A stretch of 33,694 nucleotides of DNA from Candidatus Brocadiia bacterium (GTDB lineage: Bacteria; Planctomycetota; PUPC01; DSUN01), in NCBI GenBank assembly GCA_016782825.1, contig JADHXT010000003.1, forward strand, positions 1 to 33,694, given 5' to 3'. Positions within the stretch are counted from its first letter, which is position 1. Each line of letters begins with the position of its first letter. Under the pieces are notes generated by a model, which worked only from the letters and a program-made list of their open reading frames with translations, searched no databases and was not told where the DNA came from. The translations under genes and the position numbers were made by a program. Positions 8,853 to 16,456 of this stretch are shown here, piece after piece.

Positions 8853-9064
8853 GCGCGTGGCCTTCGGTCAAGTCACGCAAGGTCTTCTCTGCCCTTCTCC
8901 GCATTGGCTGGACGCCCAAACGCGAGGCACGGGGTTCCCATCGCGTGCTGTCGCGACATGGCTGGCCCGACTACGTATTCGCCTTCCACGACAGGGAAGA
9001 GATCGGGCCACGGATGCTGCGCCGCGTCGCAAAGCACACGGGGTTGACGCCGGAGGACCTCTAG
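8849..9064 (+). CDS. hicA: HicA family toxin (mRNA interferase)
   Basis: LLRIGW...RGSHRVL...AFHDREEIGPRMLRRV. ATGA overlap with hicB. Confidence 0.9.
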   Translation: MSAWPSVKSRKVFSALLRIGWTPKREARGSHRVLSRHGWPDYVFAFHDREEIGPRMLRRVAKHTGLTPEDL

Positions 9065-9098
9065 GGGCCCGTGCTGGCGGCTGCGCTTCTGAGGCGGC

Positions 9099-10514
9099 TC
9101 AGTGGTCGGGCCAGATGTCCCACTTCCATCGCGTGTTGGCGAGCTGGTCGCCTTCGGCGCGGCGGCCGTGCACGGTGCCGAGGACGAGGCGCTCGCCGTC
9201 GCTGCGCAGGTGCACGATGCCCTGGATCGAGCGCTCGTGGAGCTGCGCCGTGCCTTTCTTGAACGCGGCCTGCTCCTTCTTCGAGAGCTTGCGGAAGCAC
9301 GCGGCCAGCTCGGTGGAGAAGACGGCGGGCGTGCGGCTCTGCGAGTAGCGGGTGATGGTGCCGAGGAGGACGGCGCGCGGGTGGCCGTGCGCGTCGTTGC
9401 GGTTGTCGCCTGAGGAGATGACGGCCGCGTCGGGCTTGACGGCCCGCAGGAAGTCCACCGAGAAGTGCTGGCTGCCGTGGTGCGCCGCCTTGTAGACGCG
9501 GGAGTGGGCGTTCTTCGCGTGCTTCTTCAGGTCGGCCAGCAGGTCGTCCATGGACGGCTCGTTGAGGTCGCCCGTCAGCAGGATGGTCTGGTCGCCGTGC
9601 ACGAGGCGGAGGACGATGGAGTTGCCGTTCACCGTCTTGCCGGCGTCGCCGTACCAGGGATAGGATGCCTTGGCCCCCTTGCCGCTGGCGCGCGGCCCGA
9701 GCACCTCGATGGCCAGGTGCTCGTTCTGGCGGTCGTAGGGGGGCAGATACTTGTCGGCGGCGTCGAGGCGGCGGAACTGGAATCCGCCGGGCGGCGGCTC
9801 CACGCGGCCCTTCCAGCGGGGCAGTTGCCGCATCTTGTCGAGGATGCCCGGCAGGTTGGCCCGGGCCGTGGCGACGGCCTCGACGAAGCTCTTCATGAGT
9901 GTCTTCATCTTTGGCACCGCGTTGGCCGATGGTGCGTGCACGAGGCCGAAGACCCGCCCGTCCTCGCGGCGGCCGGGGTCCTTCGCTGCGTCGGTGCGGC
10001 GGAAGAGGCCGTTGTGGTAGACGCGCTTGACGGCGATGCGCGGGTGCTTGAGGATGCGCAGGAGGCCCTGGGTGTGGTCGGCGTCGCTGTGGGTGGCCAC
10101 CACGGCCTCGAAGTCCACGTAGTGGTCCTTCTTGTCGAGCCGGTACTTGTTGCGGATGAACTCGAGGGCGTCGGCACTCTCGCCGCCGTCGATGAGCACG
10201 CGGCGGTCGTCGGGCGTCTGGATGAGGATGGAGTCGCCCTGGTCCACGTCGATGAAGAACACCTCGAGGCAGCGGCGGCGGGAGGCCGACTGCGGGTTCA
10301 CGTAGCCTTGGCCGCCGCGGTAGGCCACGTGGATGCGGCCGGTGGCCGGGAGCTGGGCATCGGGCTCGATGATCTTCATCCACTCGCCGAGGAGGAGCGA
10401 GGCGCCCTTCTTGCCGCCGGTCCGCGTGGTGTAGGCGGCGGCCAGCGGCTCGGCAGCGTAGAGGTACTGGGGGAAGTTGGGATCGACGATCACATGCAGG
10501 TCGGCCGTGCTCAC
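9099..10514 (-). CDS. Stand-alone ComEC/Rec2-like metallo-beta-lactamase fold hydrolase
   Basis: FIDVDQGDSILI, LIDGG, THSDADH, NGNSIVL, LLTGD, AHHGS, AVISSG...HGHP. GTG follows AAAGGAGG. Confidence 0.88.
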   Translation of the reverse strand: MSTADLHVIVDPNFPQYLYAAEPLAAAYTTRTGGKKGASLLLGEWMKIIEPDAQLPATGRIHVAYRGGQGYVNPQSASRRRCLEVFFIDVDQGDSILIQTPDDRRVLIDGGESADALEFIRNKYRLDKKDHYVDFEAVVATHSDADHTQGLLRILKHPRIAVKRVYHNGLFRRTDAAKDPGRREDGRVFGLVHAPSANAVPKMKTLMKSFVEAVATARANLPGILDKMRQLPRWKGRVEPPPGGFQFRRLDAADKYLPPYDRQNEHLAIEVLGPRASGKGAKASYPWYGDAGKTVNGNSIVLRLVHGDQTILLTGDLNEPSMDDLLADLKKHAKNAHSRVYKAAHHGSQHFSVDFLRAVKPDAAVISSGDNRNDAHGHPRAVLLGTITRYSQSRTPAVFSTELAACFRKLSKKEQAAFKKGTAQLHERSIQGIVHLRSDGERLVLGTVHGRRAEGDQLANTRWKWDIWPDH

Positions 10515-10633
10515 GGTAGCCCTCCTTTTCGCGTGTGTGCGTGCGCGCCCGCGGTGGGTGGGAAGTGAGTTCGCCGGGCGTGCCTCCTTCCGGACGGCGA
10601 GGCGGCAGAATGCGCGCGGACCGAGCGCGCTCC

Positions 10634-10662
10634 ACTGTATGTCCGACGGACTGCGATTTCAA
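10634..10662 (-). promoter_or_regulatory. Putative sigma70 promoter for the MBL gene, with a palindrome in the spacer
   Basis: Minus strand TTGAAA-17 nt-TACAGT. Spacer contains GTCCG-A-CGGAC (10641-10651). Confidence 0.5.
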
Positions 10663-10720
10663 GGAAAATCGCCGGCGGGCGTGCAGAAGTTCTGGCGGTG
10701 GCAGGGTACGTGGGAGGTGT

Positions 10721-10758
10721 GCGGAGGGGAAGCGCCTCGCCGGGAGCTCCCCCTCCGC
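10721..10758 (-). terminator. Stem-loop downstream of the oxidoreductase gene
   Basis: GCGGAGGGG pairs with CCCCTCCGC, plus inner AGC/GCT. No U-tract. Confidence 0.4.
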
Positions 10759-10793
10759 GTTGGAGTTATCCAGTCATGCAGCCGTGCGTGCGA

Positions 10794-11855
10794 TCACTTG
10801 ATCGTGATGTCCTTGTAGCTGTAGCCGGCGCGCTTGAGCAGCGTGGCGCAGTTGGCCTTGCGGCCGGTCTTGCCGGCGGCGAGCATTGCGTCGGTGAGGA
10901 GGGCCACCTGGGCGCCGAAGAGCGCGGGCACGTGGTTCGCCGTGGTGCGGCCAGTGACGAGCTTGGCGAAGTTGTCGCCGGGGTCGCTGGGATAGCCGCG
11001 GGGCACGGTGAGCGGCACGGCCTTGGGGTCCTTGCCGGGCTGATGGAGGGTGAGGCCGGGGCTGCCCATGCCCATGGTGAGGATGCCCTTGGTGCCCTGG
11101 ATGCGCACGTCGTCGCTGAAGCCCTTGATGTAGTCGCCGATGATGATGAGGCGGCCGGCGGCGCCGTTGGTGAGCTCCACGCTGTAGGAGCCGTTGATCT
11201 CGATGGGGCGCCTGGCGCCGTGGTACAGGAAGTCGTAGCTGCCCTGCACGCTCTTGGGCATGGCGCCGGTCATGTACAGCAGGATGTCCTGGTAGTGGGA
11301 GCCGCTGTCGTTGAGCTGGCCGCCGCCGGAGTACTTGGGGCTGCCGCGCCAGCCGTTGCCGCGCCAGTCCTGCGCCATGTACACGTAGAAGCCGGTCACG
11401 TCGCCGATGGTGCCTTTCTGGATGAGCCGGCGCGCGGTCACATACTTGGCCTCGAAGTGGCGCTGGTAGGTGAGGAGGAACACCAGCTTCTTTTTCGCCG
11501 CCAGCTTGGCCACGGCGATGGCGTTCTTGACGCCGCACACCATGGGCTTCTCGATCATCACGTGCAGGTTGTGCTCGAGGGCGTACATCGTGTGATCGTA
11601 GTGGAGGGTGTGGGGCGAGAAGACACCCACGGCGTCCAGCTCGCACGAGTCGATCATCTTCTGGTAGCCGTTGGGGCCTTTGAAGCGTGCCACCTTGTGG
11701 CCCAGGCCTTCCTCCAGCTTATCCAGGCAGTCGGCGCTCGTGTCGGTCGCCGCCACCACGTCCACGGCCTTGTCCTTGTTGAGGGAGAACACGCGGTTGC
11801 GTCCCATCCCTCCCGGCCCGATCACCCCGAAACGGATCGTCTTGGCTTTCGCCAC
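10794..11855 (-). CDS. Gfo/Idh/MocA family oxidoreductase
   Basis: IRFGVIGPGGMG Rossmann motif, SPHTLH, HVMIEKPM, WR...SGGGQLNDSGSHYQD. True start GTG 11855 follows GAGGAG. Confidence 0.92.
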   Translation of the reverse strand: MAKAKTIRFGVIGPGGMGRNRVFSLNKDKAVDVVAATDTSADCLDKLEEGLGHKVARFKGPNGYQKMIDSCELDAVGVFSPHTLHYDHTMYALEHNLHVMIEKPMVCGVKNAIAVAKLAAKKKLVFLLTYQRHFEAKYVTARRLIQKGTIGDVTGFYVYMAQDWRGNGWRGSPKYSGGGQLNDSGSHYQDILLYMTGAMPKSVQGSYDFLYHGARRPIEINGSYSVELTNGAAGRLIIIGDYIKGFSDDVRIQGTKGILTMGMGSPGLTLHQPGKDPKAVPLTVPRGYPSDPGDNFAKLVTGRTTANHVPALFGAQVALLTDAMLAAGKTGRKANCATLLKRAGYSYKDITIK

Positions 11856-11925
11856 GGCAAGCTCCTCGCGTCTGGCCAAGCCACAGGAGGACGGCCGAGG
11901 CCCGGTGCCTCGGCCCGCTCGGCAC

Positions 11926-11953
11926 AGTGTAACCGAGCCCGTGCAGAAATCAA
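11926..11953 (-). promoter_or_regulatory. Putative sigma70 promoter for the oxidoreductase
   Basis: Minus strand TTGATT-16 nt-TACACT. Confidence 0.4.
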
Positions 11954-11994
11954 GGGGGAAAGCAGAAAGATCGCGCGCGATGTTCCGAGGCCTG

Positions 11995-12669
11995 TCAGCC
12001 GGGCTGCACGAGGGTGCGGCCGGCCTCGTAGGCTTCGGCGAGGGCGGTGGGGTGGTCGAGGATGTCGTCCTTGGTGTCCACGTTGATATAGCAGTGGTCG
12101 CCGGCGTACTCGAGTTCGAGCACGTCGCACAGGGCCTTGAGGGTGCGGCGGGCGCCGTCGAACATCCAGGGGCGGTCGCTGCCGCACACGGAGAGCAGCA
12201 GGCCACGGCGGCCGGGGCGGGGCGGGTCGAACAGCGGCTTGCGGGCGACGTACTTGAGGTTCCAGAAGCACTGGCACCGGTCGATGAGCATCTTGGCGTA
12301 GGTGCTCACGGCGGTGAAGTAGATGGGCGAGGCGAAGAGGAGGTGGGTGGTGCCGAGGAGCTTGGGGTAGACGTCCTGCATGTCGTCCTTCATCACGCAG
12401 CGGCCGGTGCTGATGCAGCGGTCGCAGGCGGCGCAGGGGATGAGCTTGTGGCCGCGGATGGCGTACAGCTCGGTGTCGGCGCCGGCGTCGGCGGCGCCGC
12501 GGAGGGCTTCGTGGAGGAGGCGGTCGGTGTTGCCGTCGCGGCGCGAGCTGCCGGCGATGCCGAGGACGGTGGGGATTGGGGATTTGCGATTTGCGATTTG
12601 CGATTGGGGATTGGCGATTGGGGATTGGCGGTTGGCGATTTGCGATTGGGGTGCGGGGGCGTCGGTCAC
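11995..12669 (-). CDS. Iron-sulfur flavoprotein / NADPH-dependent FMN reductase (flavodoxin family)
   Basis: GIAGSSRRDGNT FMN loop, CAACDRCISTGRC (Cx2Cx2Cx5C), KDDM, FASPIYF, KMLIDR. GTG 12669 follows GAGGAGG and overlaps the DHH stop (GTGA). It is the 3' part of track ORF 11995..14769. Confidence 0.88.
   Translation of the reverse strand: MTDAPAPQSQIANRQSPIANPQSQIANRKSPIPTVLGIAGSSRRDGNTDRLLHEALRGAADAGADTELYAIRGHKLIPCAACDRCISTGRCVMKDDMQDVYPKLLGTTHLLFASPIYFTAVSTYAKMLIDRCQCFWNLKYVARKPLFDPPRPGRRGLLLSVCGSDRPWMFDGARRTLKALCDVLELEYAGDHCYINVDTKDDILDHPTALAEAYEAGRTLVQPG
12572..12648. repeat. Heptamer tandem repeat, 11 units of G(C/G)GATT(G/T)
   Basis: gggattg gggattt gcgattt gcgattt gcgattg gggattg gcgattg gggattg gcggttg gcgattt gcgattg. 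Confidence 0.92.
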
Positions 12670-13751
12670 GTGTCGGCCTCCTCGGGCGGGTCGGCGGTTG
12701 CCTTGGGGATGAGGCGCTCGGGGGTGCGGGTGGGCACCTCGATGAGGCGGAGGAAGCGCAGCTCGATCTCGCGGACGGTTTCCTCGAGGGTGTCGGTCTC
12801 GCCGTCGTCGTCCACGTCGGTGGGCAGGTGGGCCTGGCCGCCGGCGAGCATCCCGTGTCCGCCGCCGGAGCCGATGTCGTCGAGGAGTGCGGCGGCGAGG
12901 TCGCCGGCCTTGCCTTGGCGCAGGTCGGTGCGGACGGAGAGGTGGAGGCGGCTTTCCACGAGGCCATGCACGAGCACCCAGCGGATGCCCTGGATGCGGA
13001 GGAAGAAGTCGGCCATCTCGCCCAGGATGTCGGGGGCGGGGATGGTGCCCAGGTTGCAGATGGCCACGTTGCCGTAGATACGACAGTCGGCGAGCGCGCG
13101 GGCCAGGGTGGCGAAGTAGTCGCGGGGGAGGCGCTCGCGCTCGATCTTGGCGAGGGCGCGGTGGTTGGCTCGGGGATAGAGGTAGAGGAAGGCGTCGGTG
13201 TCGGCGTCGCTGGCGCCGCGGGAGAGGTTCTGTGTGTCGGTCTTGATGCCGTAGAGCAGTGCGGTGGCGAGCTGGACGTTGGGCTCGATGTCGGCGGCCT
13301 GGAGGTATTCGGTGAGGATGGTGGAGGCGGCGCCGTAGTCGGTGCGGATGTCGGTGAACTGGTCGGAGGTGACCCGGGGGCCGCGGGGGTGGTGGTCGAT
13401 CACGATGTGGGCCTCGACGTCGTCGGGCCAGAAGCAGTTGCCGAAGCCGGGCTGGGTGTCCACGAGGGCGCGCAGGTCGAAGGCCGCCAGGTCGAGCGAC
13501 GCCGTGTCTGCGAGCGTCTCGCCGAGGAACTGAAGGGCGGCTCGGTTCTCGACGCGCACCACTTCGCCGGTGGCGGCGAGGGTGACGTCGAGGCGTGCCT
13601 TCTCGCTGAGCAGCAGCTTGAGGGCCGCGGCACACGCGATGCCGTCGGGGTCCGGGTGGTCCTGCACGGCCACCACCGCCGTGCGGTGGCCCCGCACGAA
13701 GTGCAGCAGACGAGCGAGTCGGGTGCGGGCCCTGTCGGATGCCTTGGCCAT
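12666..13751 (-). CDS. DHH/DHHA1 family phosphoesterase (NrnA-like)
   Basis: DHPDPDG, LVDTQ, IDHHP, YGIKTDT, GGGHGMLAGG. Confidence 0.9.
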   Translation of the reverse strand: MAKASDRARTRLARLLHFVRGHRTAVVAVQDHPDPDGIACAAALKLLLSEKARLDVTLAATGEVVRVENRAALQFLGETLADTASLDLAAFDLRALVDTQPGFGNCFWPDDVEAHIVIDHHPRGPRVTSDQFTDIRTDYGAASTILTEYLQAADIEPNVQLATALLYGIKTDTQNLSRGASDADTDAFLYLYPRANHRALAKIERERLPRDYFATLARALADCRIYGNVAICNLGTIPAPDILGEMADFFLRIQGIRWVLVHGLVESRLHLSVRTDLRQGKAGDLAAALLDDIGSGGGHGMLAGGQAHLPTDVDDDGETDTLEETVREIELRFLRLIEVPTRTPERLIPKATADPPEEADT

Positions 13752-13801
13752 GGCGCGCGCTCGCCGGGGGAGGGGAGGAGGCAAATACCCGGATAGGTGC
13801 C

Positions 13802-13855
13802 TTGCACCGTTTCCGCGGTTGGTTTATTATACATACTCGTCTGACGGGCACGCAA
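13802..13855. promoter_or_regulatory. Overlapping oppositely oriented sigma70 promoters (rubrerythrin-like on +, DHH operon on -)
   Basis: Plus: TTGCAC(13802)-17-TATTAT(13825). Minus: TTGCGT(13855)-18-TATAAT(13831). Confidence 0.5.
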
Positions 13856-13911
13856 CCGTGCCGAACGCCCGAGGGTCGGCGGGATCTTTGCGACACTGGA
13901 AAGGAGCATGC

Positions 13912-14406
13912 ATGGCAGCCGTAACCCCGCTCGAGTATGCCATCAAGCTGGAGCAGGACGGTCTGGCGTTCTACACCCAAGCCGCGGCGGACACGACGAA
14001 CCCGCTGGGCAAGAAGATGTTCGAAGGGCTCGCCGCCGACGAGACGCGCCACGAGCGCATCCTGCGCCAGGTGGCCGCCGACATGCAGGTGACCCTTGAC
14101 GACAAGTTGCCGAAGGACCGCATCGTCACCCTCTTCGCCACGCTGGGCGAGGAGCTCCGCAGCCAGCTCGACGCCGGCGCCGGCGACACCGACGTCATCG
14201 ACAATGCCCTCGTAATGGAAAGGGCCGCCGAGGCACACTTCCGCTCCTGCGCGGCCGACGCCAGCGACGACCTGAAGGCTCTCTACGAACGCCTGGCGCT
14301 CGAGGAAAGCCAGCACGTGGATATCCTGGAAAACACCAAGACCTACCTCAACGACACAGGCCACTGGTTCTGCTGGGACGAAGGCAGCGTGCTGGACGGC
14401 GGCTGA
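13912..14406 (+). CDS. Rubrerythrin/ferritin-like di-iron protein
   Basis: AIKLEQDGLAFY...LAADETRH and ALVMERAA...LALEESQH (paired ExxH). ATG 13912 follows AAGGAG. Confidence 0.88.
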   Translation: MAAVTPLEYAIKLEQDGLAFYTQAAADTTNPLGKKMFEGLAADETRHERILRQVAADMQVTLDDKLPKDRIVTLFATLGEELRSQLDAGAGDTDVIDNALVMERAAEAHFRSCAADASDDLKALYERLALEESQHVDILENTKTYLNDTGHWFCWDEGSVLDGG

Positions 14407-14490
14407 GCCGCGCCACGAAAGAACACGGCCTGCGCTACGGTATAATCCCATAGCAGAAGCCCGGCGGGGCACTGGCCCCTGCTTTTGCAC

Positions 14491-14518
14491 TTGACAGCCC
14501 TTGGCGCGACTGTATAAT
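14491..14518 (+). promoter_or_regulatory. Consensus sigma70 promoter heading the pilM locus
   Basis: TTGACA-16 nt-TATAAT, about 100 nt upstream of the GTG start. Confidence 0.7.
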
Positions 14519-14620
14519 TGCCAAGTGCCAAGTGAGTTGGAACCATTCGGGAAGGGCGTGACGACGTAAGCCGCGCGCTGGCTCCTCCGGAGCGCGCGCG
14601 ATAGCGAAGGAGTCCCGAGC

Positions 14621-16408
14621 GTGGCACGTAACGTGGCCTGGGGCATCGACATCGGAGAATCGGCGATCAAGGTCGTCCAGCTCCGCAAGAGTGGCGATTC
14701 GGTCGTCGTGCAAGACCACCGCACCATCGCGTGTGCCGCGCGGCCCGAAGAGGCCCAAGGCGCCGACAAAGACTACCGCATCCGCAATGCCATCGCCACG
14801 CTCCTGGAACAAGTAGACATCAAGGGCACCGTGGTCGTCTCCATCTCCGGCCAGGAGGTGTTTCCCCGCTTCCTGCCGCTGCCGCCGGTGGAGGCGAAGC
14901 GCATCCCCGAAGTGGTGCGCTACGAGGCCCGCACCTCCATGCCCTTCCCCATCGAAGAGGTGGTGTGGGACTACCAGCCCCTCGACGAGCACCCCGAGCC
15001 CGGCGAAGAAATCGAAGTGGCCCTCTTCGCCATCAAGCGCGCCACCGTCTACGGCTATCTGGCCAACCTGCGGCTCGCGCACCTCGTGCCCGATATCCTC
15101 GAGATTGGCCCCCTCGCCCTCTACAACCTGCTGTGCTACGACCGCGACATCGATGTGGGCACCGTGGTCATCGACGTGGGCGCCGGCAACACCGACCTGC
15201 TCATCATCGACGGCGACCGCTTCTGGACCCGCAACGTGTCCATCTCCGGCAACGACATTACCCGCGCGCTTCAGGAAAAGTACCAGATCTCCTTCGAGGA
15301 GGCCGAGCAGCTCAAGCAAAAGGCCGCCGACTCGAAGCAGGCCGAGAAGCTCTTCGGCGTCATGCGCCCCATCGTGGACGACCTGCTCGGCGAAATCCAG
15401 CGGTCCATCGGCTACTACAAAGCCCAGACGCACAACGTGCGCATCGAGCGCGTCATCCTCCTGGGCAATGTGTTTCGCCTCGAGCCCCTGGTGGGCTACT
15501 TCCGCGAGAGCCTGGACGACTACGACGTGGCCCGCATCGGCGGGCTGCAACGCATGCGCGTGGCCGGCGCCGACCCCGCCGAGTTTGCCCCCGAAGTGGG
15601 CAACTACGGCGTGGCCATCGGCCTGGCCCTCCAGGGCCTCGGCCTGGGCCGCGTGACCATCGACATGATGCCGTCGGATGTCATCCGCCAGCGCCTCATC
15701 AAGCAAAAGCTCCCCTACGCCGCCGCCGCCGTGGGCCTCCTGGCCGTGCCGATCTTCCTCGGCTTCGGCTCGGCCGCGAGCGACGTGTCCACCTACGACA
15801 CCAAGGTGAAGGAAGTGGTGCCGAAAATCCAGCGGTACCAACAGCTTGCGGCCGAGGAGAAGAAGGCCGCGAACCTGGAGCCCATGGCCAGCCAGCTCGA
15901 GGCCATCAGCAGCATCGGCCAGGGGCGGGCCGAATGGCCCCTGTACATGAATAGCCTCAACGAGGCCCTCCGTCAGGTGCCACGCAACCGCTTCCTTCTG
16001 CGGCGCATCCTCCACCTGGGCGATGGCACCGCCGCCCCCGGCATGGCGGGCGGAGGAGGGCTCGGACGCGGCGCGCGGCGAGCCCCACGCCCCGCGGCAG
16101 CGGAAGACAAGCTGCAGGAAGACGCCGTGACGCTCCTGCTCGAATTCGAGAGCGACCAGCGCTTCATCGTGGCCGACACCCGACTGCTCGAGCAATACTT
16201 CATCGGGCAGGCCTACGTGCGGAAAGTGGAGTTTGGCGAAGTGCGTCAGATGGCCGGCCAGATGGGCGGCGCGGCCGGGGGCCGCGAGGGCCTGATCCGC
16301 AACGCGGCCGATAGCGTGTGGGTCTCCTCGGTCACCGTCGTCTTCAGCATGCAGCCCCTCAAGGAGAGCCAGCCGTCTGCACCCGACAAGGCCGGCAATC
16401 GCAAGTAG
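14621..16408 (+). CDS. pilM: Type IV pilus-type PilM (actin-like) protein fused to a PilN-like TM and periplasmic region
   Basis: WGIDIGESAIKVVQL, MPFPIEEVVWDYQ, VIDVGAGNT, EIQRSIGYY, VAIGLALQG, then IDMMP (INLLP-like), a TM helix and a coiled coil. AAGGAG RBS. Confidence 0.88.
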   Translation: MARNVAWGIDIGESAIKVVQLRKSGDSVVVQDHRTIACAARPEEAQGADKDYRIRNAIATLLEQVDIKGTVVVSISGQEVFPRFLPLPPVEAKRIPEVVRYEARTSMPFPIEEVVWDYQPLDEHPEPGEEIEVALFAIKRATVYGYLANLRLAHLVPDILEIGPLALYNLLCYDRDIDVGTVVIDVGAGNTDLLIIDGDRFWTRNVSISGNDITRALQEKYQISFEEAEQLKQKAADSKQAEKLFGVMRPIVDDLLGEIQRSIGYYKAQTHNVRIERVILLGNVFRLEPLVGYFRESLDDYDVARIGGLQRMRVAGADPAEFAPEVGNYGVAIGLALQGLGLGRVTIDMMPSDVIRQRLIKQKLPYAAAAVGLLAVPIFLGFGSAASDVSTYDTKVKEVVPKIQRYQQLAAEEKKAANLEPMASQLEAISSIGQGRAEWPLYMNSLNEALRQVPRNRFLLRRILHLGDGTAAPGMAGGGGLGRGARRAPRPAAAEDKLQEDAVTLLLEFESDQRFIVADTRLLEQYFIGQAYVRKVEFGEVRQMAGQMGGAAGGREGLIRNAADSVWVSSVTVVFSMQPLKESQPSAPDKAGNRK

Positions 16409-16456
16409 CACCGCCGAGCGCCACGCGGGACCACACTGGTCGAGGAACACAATCCT

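Noticed and set aside
9099-10514. Calling the MBL gene comEC and linking it to the pilM locus as a competence system
   Set aside because: It has no membrane competence domain or signal peptide, and four unrelated genes separate it from pilM.
12572-12648. Tandem repeats (also 2442-2501) as a CRISPR array
   Set aside because: Units are 6-7 nt with no spacers, and no cas genes are present.
12670-14769. Upstream 700 codons of the 924-aa track ORF 11995..14769
   Set aside because: It overlaps the DHH gene in another frame and the rubrerythrin-like gene antisense. Only the part from GTG 12669 has an RBS and motifs.
15876-15887. 12-nt matches to the tRNA-Thr 3' end (also 23915-23926) as possible att sites
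   Set aside because: Too short, inside coding sequence (EPM codons), and there is no integrase in the window.
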